64,000 nucleotides of DNA, from IMG/VR virus record IMGVR_UViG_3300043464_002365, positions 1 through 64,000 of that record, one strand, 5' to 3'. The stretch's first letter is position 1; each line of letters begins with the position of its first letter. The notes under the pieces were generated by a model that was not told the DNA's origin, did not search any database, and worked only from the letters and a program-made list of their open reading frames with translations. Shown piece by piece: positions 49,331-57,451 of the stretch. This DNA is from a virus. Both the position numbers and the translations under genes were made by a program.

Positions 49331-50083
49331 ATGGCTACCCTCTCGCACACTGCTGCGCTCCTCCTCTCCTCTCTGGAGACGGCAGAGCGTCCTAACGGTT
49401 CTCTCTTCCTCCGTCTCTCCTCCTCTGCTCCTAGTTGGGCTTCTTCTGTGATTAGAGAAGCTCACTTAGGCGAGCTCCCTAATGACTCTCGCTATGAGCT
49501 CATCAAAGACGCTCTCTCGGCTCTCTCTGATGGCGCCTTCTCTGATGAGGAGGAGGCTATCGACTCGATTGATGAGCTCTCTCTCGATCTCGTGCCACAC
49601 AGAACCACGGAGCTCCTCCAGTGGTTTGCTGATCACGCGAACCGCCTCTCCTCCTGCGATGAGGCTCTAGAAAGTGGCCGCATCTCTGATCTCTGCTCCT
49701 ATGAGCTCCTCTCTGAAGGGTTCCGCGTGGGAGCTGAGGAGATGCTCTCCTCGCTTATCTCCTCTCTAGAGGAGGAGCGTCTCTCAGTGTTCAATCCTGA
49801 CACTGATAGTCAGCTCCTCTTAGGCGACTCCCACGGGATATATATCCCCAAGCTCTGGGCCGATGGACTGGAGGATGAGGAGGAGGCAGAGTCCTATTCC
49901 GTCTCCTGGGAGGACGTCCTCATCTGTCAAGCTGGCCCAGACTCTGAGAACTACTGGCAAGCATGGGACGCAATCCTCCGCGATGCTCTCTGGAATGAAA
50001 ACGGAGAGGATTGGCGCCTCCTGCAGAATGGCGATCTCTGGGCTGTTCGCTCTGACGTAGAGATTCCTGAGGATGCATTCTGA
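49331..50083 (+). CDS. Acidic Ocr-like DNA-mimic (anti-restriction) protein with extra C-terminal domain
   Basis: AIDSIDELSLDLVPHRTTELLQWFA resembles T7 Ocr [25 protein letters not shown]; very D/E-rich. Confidence 0.6.
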   Translation: MATLSHTAALLLSSLETAERPNGSLFLRLSSSAPSWASSVIREAHLGELPNDSRYELIKDALSALSDGAFSDEEEAIDSIDELSLDLVPHRTTELLQWFADHANRLSSCDEALESGRISDLCSYELLSEGFRVGAEEMLSSLISSLEEERLSVFNPDTDSQLLLGDSHGIYIPKLWADGLEDEEEAESYSVSWEDVLICQAGPDSENYWQAWDAILRDALWNENGEDWRLLQNGDLWAVRSDVEIPEDAF

Positions 50084-50268
50084 TGAGACGGCTCTCCCTC
50101 TCCTCTCGTGAGGCTCTCTACGTCCTATGGGCTCTAGAGGAGGCTCTCCTCATCTCAGAACCTGAGGAGGAGGAGCTCCTCCTCTCTCTCATCTCTCGTT
50201 TGAACGGAGCCGCAGCCCCATTCTCCTCTGCCTCTGCCTCTCGCTCTCGCTCCTCCTCCCATGCCTGA
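50083..50268 (+). CDS. Small Leu/Ser/Glu-rich protein
   Basis: Start coupled to the previous stop. Confidence 0.45.
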   Translation: MRRLSLSSREALYVLWALEEALLISEPEEEELLLSLISRLNGAAAPFSSASASRSRSSSHA

Positions 50269-50308
50269 CGCTCTCTCCTCTCTCTACTCTGCCTCTCCTC
50301 TCTTTACC

Positions 50309-51187
50309 ATGCTCCTCTCCTCTCCTCTCCTTGACAACGTACGGGCTCTCTCTGGGCTCTCTGGCTCCTTTTACTTTTACGAACCACGGCAGGAGATTGT
50401 CAGCTCCTCCGACTACTGTTCTCCCATTGAATGGCGACAACCATCACCCAATGAGGCAGAGTCTCTCGGACTGGGAGAGCTCTCCTCCTACTCTTTGGAG
50501 CTCTGCCGAGAGCTCGGCTCCTCTGTCACCAAAATCACGCCAGAGGAGGCAGTAGAGCTCCTCTGTGAGCGCAAGCTATGGCAACGGTGCTCGCTCCTCT
50601 GGCTCCCGTCTTACTGTATGGGAGGAGACTACTGCGGCTCTACTCACCACGTGGCTAACGCTCGCTATCTCTTGCGCCAGTTCTCCTCGCCAGAGCTCAG
50701 AGAATGCAACGGAGGCTATGGGAGTCAAGGTGTCATTGTTGACCCTCGCTATCTCTCAGAGGAGCTCCTAGAACTCCTGCAGAGTCTTGAGAACTATCCC
50801 GTTCTCTGTGAGGATGAGCTCTCCTCCTACGAACTAGAACTACAGAACGAAACCTGGGATCACACAATCCGCAGAGAATGGGAGAGAGCTCTAGAGAGCG
50901 CTCTCTCCTCTCTCCTCTCAGACAATGAGGAGCTCGCAGAGAATGCAGTAGAGAGCCTCTCAGAGGATGCCCTGTTCTCTCTGTTCTCTCATTGTGCCGA
51001 GCTCTCTAATACCTACTGGGAGGCAGAGAGCGGAACTACTGTCTATATAGACATTGATCGCATCGCTCAGAGCCTCTCCTCAGAGCTCCTCCTAGAGCTC
51101 CTACAAGAGAGCCTCTCCTCTCAGTTCTCCCAGGCTCTACAGCCTCTCCTAGCCTCCTCTCAGCTCTCCCTGGAGCTCGCAGGCTGA
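50309..51187 (+). CDS. Acidic early protein (possible DNA mimic)
   Basis: GGDYCGS and LENYPVLCEDELS..E.E...E.W motifs; very Glu-rich. Confidence 0.55.
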   Translation: MLLSSPLLDNVRALSGLSGSFYFYEPRQEIVSSSDYCSPIEWRQPSPNEAESLGLGELSSYSLELCRELGSSVTKITPEEAVELLCERKLWQRCSLLWLPSYCMGGDYCGSTHHVANARYLLRQFSSPELRECNGGYGSQGVIVDPRYLSEELLELLQSLENYPVLCEDELSSYELELQNETWDHTIRREWERALESALSSLLSDNEELAENAVESLSEDALFSLFSHCAELSNTYWEAESGTTVYIDIDRIAQSLSSELLLELLQESLSSQFSQALQPLLASSQLSLELAG

Positions 51188-51197
51188 TACTCCCTGG

Positions 51198-51225
51198 CAG
51201 GCTCTCTCCTCAGTGAGAGAGCCTG
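51198..51225 (+). terminator. Hairpin closing the CT-rich cassette
   Basis: caggctctctc-ctcagt-gagagagcctg. Confidence 0.6.
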
Positions 51226-51313
51226 TTCTCTGTGAAAAGTGGGAGCATCTCATCAATTCTCATTGAGTCTCACTTTGATTCTCAATAACGCCGCTTATTG
51301 AGAACGCTCTCCT

Positions 51314-51366
51314 TTTGTAACGTATTGTGAAACGGTAGCAACGGATGCAGACGTATGGAGTAGTGT
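51314..51366 (+). promoter_or_regulatory. HLR1-like repeat and -10 box with no downstream ORF
   Basis: TTTGTAAC-GT-ATTGTGAA, 29 nt, TAGTGT. Confidence 0.6.
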
Positions 51367-51475
51367 ACGCTAGGGAGCAGTAGAAAGGCCGCCAGTGGTT
51401 TTGGGGCTGCGGTATATGCTCCGAAATGTGGCGCTAAAAATGATACAGAATTTTCACTTTCCTAAGTATAAATAC

Positions 51476-52066
51476 TCACCAATTGCACAAATGTTCTTGT
51501 GCTTTTAATTCGCGCCACCAAGTATGTGACCGCCCTTGTCCGCGTTGGCAAGGAAGTTGTCCTGGCCACCAATATGCATTTTTAGAAACGTTTTGAGAAG
51601 CTTCTAGTACCATAAGATTTGCTGGTACATGCAAGCCACAAACGAAATCATTTTGCAATGGCACGATATGATCCACATGGAAAGACTGATCAGTAGCTTG
51701 TTCGAGCCATTCAGCGTGAAGATAATGAGCCTGCATTTGTTTTCTCATCTCACCCTTTCTAGCCCACGCGGGGCAAGCATTAAGTTTTTGAGCTTCTCTT
51801 AAGCGACTTTTAGCACGCTCTTTGCCAGGGTTTTCTTTTCTCCAGCGTTTAACTCTTGCTCTGACAGTTTCTGCGCAACGTTTTCCATATTCACGATTCC
51901 TAATGCGTTCTTTTTCACGATTTGCTTCTCTATAAGCTGCCCGTGATTTTTTATTGCAAGCTATGCACTCATTGCTTTTTCCGTCTGTCAGCTTGATGTC
52001 GCGATAGAACTCCGTAAATGCTTTGAATGTCCTGCATTTAACACAGGCCTTAATTCCACTCATCAC
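51476..52066 (-). CDS. HNH endonuclease
   Basis: CVKC...CIAC; HVDHIVPLQ...VCGLHVPANL...N.SK. Confidence 0.88.
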   Translation of the reverse strand: MMSGIKACVKCRTFKAFTEFYRDIKLTDGKSNECIACNKKSRAAYREANREKERIRNREYGKRCAETVRARVKRWRKENPGKERAKSRLREAQKLNACPAWARKGEMRKQMQAHYLHAEWLEQATDQSFHVDHIVPLQNDFVCGLHVPANLMVLEASQNVSKNAYWWPGQLPCQRGQGRSHTWWRELKAQEHLCNW

Positions 52067-52480
52067 TTTGAAACTGCTCTGTAAATTTTAACCGGCAAAA
52101 CCCAGCGGCACTATGCCGAAAGCAAGTCGAAGACGCCGCTTGAGGCATCTCTAGAGATCTCAGACAATTAGCTAGACCAATGGAGGCGCCCAAGCGCCGT
52201 AATGACGAACAAAGGCCAGTACAAGACAATTCGCACCCTCTCTTCTCCATTGTTTTCTTTCTGTGAAAGGCGGCCCTAAGGCCGCTGCTCTAGCTTTTTT
52301 GTATTGCCACTGTTTTTTAGCCTTTCCCCGGCAGCGACCACAATTTCAGCGACCCATCACATAAGTCTGGGACAGCTTTTCTAGTACGGGCCTTTTATTT
52401 TCGCCGCTTGTCTAGATGCCTCGCCCTTGGGGGCTCAGCGTGTCTAGCTTTTCGCGGCTAGTTGGGCCTTTTGTCAGTAG

Positions 52481-52505
52481 ACGCTCCGCCCTTGGGGGCT
52501 ACGCT
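52481..52505 (-). repeat. Inverted copy of the 36758-36782 repeat
   Basis: Exact reverse complement, 25/25. Confidence 0.9.
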
Positions 52506-52668
52506 CGCTTGATGCGCTGACTGAAGGAGCGTCGTCTAGCCAGGAAGCTGCATCTAGCCCGTATGAGGCAGCAGCTTCGCTTACGTCTATCGTAACTCAC
52601 GCTGTTGGGAGTTGTTTTGTCCCTGTTGTCCCGATCCTGTTATGATGAGGGCTCTCAGCGGAGCAAGC

Positions 52669-53364
52669 ATGGTCCAGCCAAAGGAAAAGAAGCGCAAAAC
52701 AGAGGGCTGGGTGTATTTCGTTCAATGGGCGAGCATGCCCTATCACGTGAAAATCGGCTTCTCCACGTCACCAGGAGAACGCTTCGCATCGTTCCTCACG
52801 TCATCGCCAGACACGCTGATCGTCGTCAAGGCTTTTGAAGCCAATCGAGACGATGAGCAGGATCTTCACGAGCGTTTTGACAATTCTCGCCATGCTGGCG
52901 AATGGTTCCACCTTTCCATGGCAATCAAAAAATATCTTGAGAATGAAGCTCCTTGTCAAACGCTGGAGGCGAAGATTAAATTTGGCAATAGGAACGAAAG
53001 TCGCATTCAGTGGACGCCAATGCGACCAGGGCTGGCTCAGTCTCTCGAAAAGCTGCATCAAGAGAAACGCCTGCCTCGCTATGTGAAGAATGCTCGAACG
53101 TTTGTGCTGTGGGCCATTGGAGACATTGAGGCTTGTGATTATTTTGCCACTTCCAATGCCATTATTCACCACGAAGCCAATCGTGACGCCTATCAAGCCA
53201 AAACTGTTTATAACCAACTGATTGCGCTGGAGGAAGAGGAAATGATTATGAAAAAGCCTGGCAAAACATTTGCCTTGCTTCCGAAAGGAGAGAGTGAGCT
53301 AATTGCAGCAGAGAAGGAGAATGCGAAGAAACGCAAAAGCGCACGAAGCTTAAGGCTTGATTAA
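52669..53364 (+). CDS. T5orf172/GIY-YIG-like domain protein with C-terminal winged helix
   Basis: GWVYFVQ...VKIGFS..P.ER...E..LHERF...GEWF. Confidence 0.75.
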   Translation: MVQPKEKKRKTEGWVYFVQWASMPYHVKIGFSTSPGERFASFLTSSPDTLIVVKAFEANRDDEQDLHERFDNSRHAGEWFHLSMAIKKYLENEAPCQTLEAKIKFGNRNESRIQWTPMRPGLAQSLEKLHQEKRLPRYVKNARTFVLWAIGDIEACDYFATSNAIIHHEANRDAYQAKTVYNQLIALEEEEMIMKKPGKTFALLPKGESELIAAEKENAKKRKSARSLRLD

Positions 53365-53695
53365 AAAGAAAGTTTGTATTAAATGCTGCTTTTCTTTCCA
53401 TGGAAAAGAACTAGCGTGAGATGATCTTCGCAAAGCTTCTATGTGGGGCCTTCCTGATCGCCAGCCATTTAATATTGGCCCGTATAAATTGTGGCCATGT
53501 TTTAGCAAGCCAGAATTTCAATGGTTTTCTGCTATTGATGGCAAGCCTTATTATTTTCGTACGACCAACGAAGCTAAATTATTTATTAAGGACTTGCTGG
53601 CCATGGACGATGCAGAAGGGCTTTGCGACTAAGACCGTTTGCGCTAGCCTGCCTTAGTTGATTCTCGGGGGACCATGGTCCCCTTTTGTCGTCTT

Positions 53696-55126
53696 ATGAA
53701 GCTGAAGGAAAAGGCAAAATGTGAGCCGATTGCCCGGACGGGGCGCGTGCAAAACTGGATGGATGATCCTGATGGGCGTCTTCCGGTGAGCTGCGCCGTA
53801 ATGGTCGTAGATGATTCAATGGAAGGGCCGAATGGTATTGAAGCATCATGGCGCTTCACTTCTCATGGTCTTCGTAATGGTGCCGGCGTAGCTATTCATC
53901 TTTCCAATCTTCGTCCTCGTGGTCAAGAGAATGGTAAAGGCCTCACTGCATCTGGCCCTTGTTCTTTTGGCAAGATTTATTCCACTCTTAATGAAGTGAT
54001 TCGTCGCGGCGGGAAATTTAAGAACGGCGCGGTTGTTTTACATCTTGATTACGACCATCCCGACGCCATGGAATTTGTTTCCATGACCAGGGCGGAATTG
54101 CAATGGGCAAAGCGTGCCATCAATGTTGATGAGCAATTCTTTGAGAAGACCACTCCAGAATTTCGCGCTGCATTGATTAAGGCGATTGGCAATGGTGATG
54201 TGTGGCTAGTAAAAAAGAAATACAACGCCAAGGGGGAACGCGTTTATTTTCAAGTTTGTCTGGAGGTAGCAATGCCTTCTCGTGGAACTTGCCTGCTTGA
54301 ACATGTAAATATGGGCGCTTGCTCCATTGATAATCTTGAAGGCGCATTTATTGCTGGCATGACAGAATTGTGCCAGCTTCATGCTCGCACTGGTGTAGGC
54401 AAAAGCAGCGAATACCTTTCGCCGGAAGTTGACAAACAAGTTGGTCTCGGCGTGCTGGGCCTGGCCAATTTTCTTTCCATCCATGGAATTAGCTACAAAG
54501 AGTTTGGCGAAGCCCTTGATGCTTTCCTGATGGACGATCCACATCCCTGGGCGCATTATTGGACAGATACCGTGGCCGGAAAAGCCGTCCACGCTCTGTA
54601 TAAGGGCATTGATAGCGCTGCTGACATTGCTCGTGAGCATGGAATGGAACGGGCTTTTGCCATTGCTCCTACTGCATCATGCTCCTATCGCTACCTCGAC
54701 ACTCGTGGCTTTACGACAGCCCCTGAAATCGCTCCTCCCATTGATCGCCTTGTGGATCGCGACAGCGAAACCATGGGCGTTGAGCGCTTTGAATATGGTC
54801 CGGTGGAAATCGCAGAGGAGGTGGGCTGGACTGCTTTCCGTAAAGTAGCAGATGGCATTTGCACTCTTCTCCATCGCACTGGCTTGTTCCATGGTTATTC
54901 CATGAACTGGTGGTCTGACATGGTTTCTTGCGACGAAGCTTTTATCAGGGAATGGCTTGACAGTCCTCAAACTTCTGTTTATTACGCTCTTCAAGTGCAA
55001 GCTGGCACTCAGGCTAAAGACGATGTTGGAGTAGACTTGGAAGAAAGTCTGAGCGATTTCTTCTCTATTGAAGAGACAGAAAGCTGCTCACTGGACGGAG
55101 GATTCTGCGCAGCATGTGCTGAGTAG
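53696..55126 (+). CDS. nrdA: Ribonucleotide reductase large subunit (short cyanophage type)
   Basis: LPVSC, TCLLEHVN, GLGVLG, AIAPTASCS, SVYY and C-terminal CAAC motifs. Confidence 0.85.
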   Translation: MKLKEKAKCEPIARTGRVQNWMDDPDGRLPVSCAVMVVDDSMEGPNGIEASWRFTSHGLRNGAGVAIHLSNLRPRGQENGKGLTASGPCSFGKIYSTLNEVIRRGGKFKNGAVVLHLDYDHPDAMEFVSMTRAELQWAKRAINVDEQFFEKTTPEFRAALIKAIGNGDVWLVKKKYNAKGERVYFQVCLEVAMPSRGTCLLEHVNMGACSIDNLEGAFIAGMTELCQLHARTGVGKSSEYLSPEVDKQVGLGVLGLANFLSIHGISYKEFGEALDAFLMDDPHPWAHYWTDTVAGKAVHALYKGIDSAADIAREHGMERAFAIAPTASCSYRYLDTRGFTTAPEIAPPIDRLVDRDSETMGVERFEYGPVEIAEEVGWTAFRKVADGICTLLHRTGLFHGYSMNWWSDMVSCDEAFIREWLDSPQTSVYYALQVQAGTQAKDDVGVDLEESLSDFFSIEETESCSLDGGFCAACAE

Positions 55127-55195
55127 TCTCCGTAAATTAATGGGCAGCTTTTGCTGCCCTTTGTTGTCTCTTTTCACCATCGTTTTGTAATTAAA

Positions 55196-55921
55196 ATGGC
55201 AGTTCTGGATTATTTTTCGGCAGTTGCTCGTAAGCGCCCTTGGGATGCAGTGCCTGTAACCAAGGGCGAATTTGTTGCCGGTTCGGAAGAAACTATTTTC
55301 CGGGCTTTGGCTATTCGTCATCTTGAACTGCCCGTGAAGGACATGCTGCTGGAAGGGCTTCAGCGCGAGCTTCCTAATACGCCTGGCCTCATTGAGAGCA
55401 TTGAAAGCAACATGACCGATGAGGAGCGGCATGACAGGGCTCTTGGCTTTGTCACCGATGCCCATGGCGTAGACGAAAAGGCCGAAAAGGAAGCCTTTAA
55501 GATTCGCCAAGCATGGATTGATCACCCCGCCCACCCTATTGCAAAAGTGGCAACTATTGAGCGGAGCCTATTCTTCACTATTCTTCCTTTCTTCCGGTTC
55601 AACGGAGACAAAGGACTGCGCACAGTGGCGAGCGACATCTCTAGGGATGAAATTTGCCACTCGTTTTGTAATACTAAAATCTGTGAAGAAGCCGGTGAAA
55701 AATATGGCGAGAGCTTGAACAAGCTTCGCAAGATGACAGCACTGTGGATTTATGACAAACTTGGTTCTTCGTCCAATAAATATCTGGACAAAGATTTTTG
55801 GTTGCGTCAAAGCGATGCGCTGTTCGTAAGCGGCAAGGCGCCTGAACTTAACGAAACAAGGGCTAGTACGATGCCCAGCTTTTTTGAATGTAATGCGCTA
55901 AATTTGCCACAATATGGTTGA
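55196..55921 (+). CDS. nrdB: Ribonucleotide reductase small subunit (ferritin-like)
   Basis: Two ExxH motifs (DEERH, DEICH); adjacent to nrdA; C-terminal FF...Y. Confidence 0.75.
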   Translation: MAVLDYFSAVARKRPWDAVPVTKGEFVAGSEETIFRALAIRHLELPVKDMLLEGLQRELPNTPGLIESIESNMTDEERHDRALGFVTDAHGVDEKAEKEAFKIRQAWIDHPAHPIAKVATIERSLFFTILPFFRFNGDKGLRTVASDISRDEICHSFCNTKICEEAGEKYGESLNKLRKMTALWIYDKLGSSSNKYLDKDFWLRQSDALFVSGKAPELNETRASTMPSFFECNALNLPQYG

Positions 55922-55970
55922 GCAGGCCTTCCCGACTTATCTCGGCAGGGTTTGATGCTATATTGACCAA

Positions 55971-56231
55971 GTTCCCGCTCTGCGTTAGCATCGGGCAGAT
56001 AGAGCCTAAGCCTCTGAAGCGATTAGCACTTGTTAATCGCTTCACGCTTAGGCCATCACCTCCCTCCATTGCTCTGTCGATGGAGAGCAGCCAGTTCTGA
56101 GGTCCGACGTTAGTTCGGGGTGCCTTTCCTGGTTTGCGTGATTCGCCCCCAAGCTTAGCTCTCAAACGGAAACCAATTTGTTGGCGCCAACAAAATGGTC
56201 TCTAGAGATGATGCTCAAACAGGGGGCTCCC
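55971..56231 (+). ncRNA. Candidate structured ncRNA(s)
   Basis: Long stems gcctaagc/gcttaggc, tgaagcgatta/taatcgcttca, tttgttg/caacaaa; extended -10 TGCTATATT upstream. Confidence 0.55.
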
Positions 56232-56300
56232 GGCCCTGAAGTGTTGGTACACGCTAGGCAGATAGCCTAGAATTCCGTGGTTCGATTCCCGGCAGCGCCT
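56232..56300 (+). tRNA. Degenerate tRNA-like gene, nominal anticodon GAU (Ile)
   Basis: GGCCCUG/CAGCGCC acceptor with one mismatch, GUGU-UGGU-ACAC D-arm, CUAGG-CAGAUAG-CCUAG anticodon arm, GGUUCGAUUCC T-loop; A33, A8, bulged T-stem. Confidence 0.6.
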
Positions 56301-56301
56301 T

Positions 56302-56882
56302 ATGGCTCGCTATCGCATTATTGAGAAGCCTTCTTTTGCGGATCCAAGCAAGCCCGTTTTTACAGTGGAGAAGAAGGTTTGGTTCTGGTGGGAATACGCT
56401 GGGCTATTTTGCACGTTTGCGGAAGCCTTTAAGCGTGGGCTTGAGCTGCAAGAAGCCGATAGGAAAGGCGTGGTAAAAACCAGAGTGGTGGAAGAGTTCA
56501 ACTAATGATTCCGACTCCTGACCGTGAATTGGTGCTGCGATGGATGGAAAGCAGTGGAGGCTTTGATGTGGTTGATATTGTTCAGCAAGTTGCCACAAAA
56601 GCCGCTGCTTGGGGATGGATACAGGCCGAGCCAGGCAAGACCACAAGGATAAGCGATCGCCCTAATCACTTAAGAATTGGTGATGTATGGGAATTTGAGA
56701 CAGAGGTAAAAGAGAAGGGAAAAATGAAGCCCAAGACAATGCAATGGCGCGTTGTTCAATGGCACCCTGGAGAGATGGCTTGGCAGCTTCAATCGTTAGA
56801 CGGAAAATATTTTGAGTATCTATTAACGCATGCTCCTCAGTATGAGGATATGAAATTTATCTGCGCCGGAGAAATGCAATGA
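56302..56882 (+). CDS. Two hypothetical ORFs (56302-56505, 56505-56882)
   Basis: Coupled ORFs. Confidence 0.5.
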
Positions 56883-57451
56883 GTGCCTTCGTCATCGCAG
56901 ACACCCATTTCGGGCACGTCAAAAGCTTGTCTTTCATCACGCCTGACGGTTCCCCATTGCGTCCGTTTTCTTCATGCGAGGAAATGGACGAAACCATGGT
57001 GGAACGATGGAACGCAAAAGTAGGCAAGCGTGATACGATTTACCACCTTGGTGACGTGGTCATTCCTCGCGCAAGCTTAAAGATTCTGGATCGTCTCAAT
57101 GGAAGAAAGATTCTCATTCGCGGAAATCACGACTTGGGGCGCTTGTCTGATTTCTCAAAGTATTTTGAGGACGTAAGAGGAGCGTTCTTTCATAATGGTG
57201 ATTCCACCATGAGAGGAGGCCTAATCTTCACTCATATTCCCGTCCACCCATCGTGCCTTCAAGGGCATTATTTGGGAAATGTACATGGCCATCTCCATTG
57301 TCATCAAATCATCACTGACGGGCAAGTAGACAGGCGGTATTTCAATGCCTGCGTCGAACGCAACAATTTTGCTCCTGTAGCATTTGAAGATATAAAAGCC
57401 TTCTTTAAGGGCGATGACGGAACGCAGAACGTTCAACACGCCCCTGCGTGA
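56879..57451 (+). CDS. Calcineurin-like metallophosphoesterase
   Basis: DTHFGH, HLGD, RGNHD, THIP and HGHLH motifs. Confidence 0.9.
   Translation: MSAFVIADTHFGHVKSLSFITPDGSPLRPFSSCEEMDETMVERWNAKVGKRDTIYHLGDVVIPRASLKILDRLNGRKILIRGNHDLGRLSDFSKYFEDVRGAFFHNGDSTMRGGLIFTHIPVHPSCLQGHYLGNVHGHLHCHQIITDGQVDRRYFNACVERNNFAPVAFEDIKAFFKGDDGTQNVQHAPA

Noticed and set aside
51476-52600. IscB/HEARO (OMEGA) element
   Set aside because: The HNH ORF is only 196 aa with no PLMP or RuvC motifs
56221-56300. tmRNA
   Set aside because: Forms a self-contained cloverleaf; no tag ORF or matching tmRNA acceptor pairing
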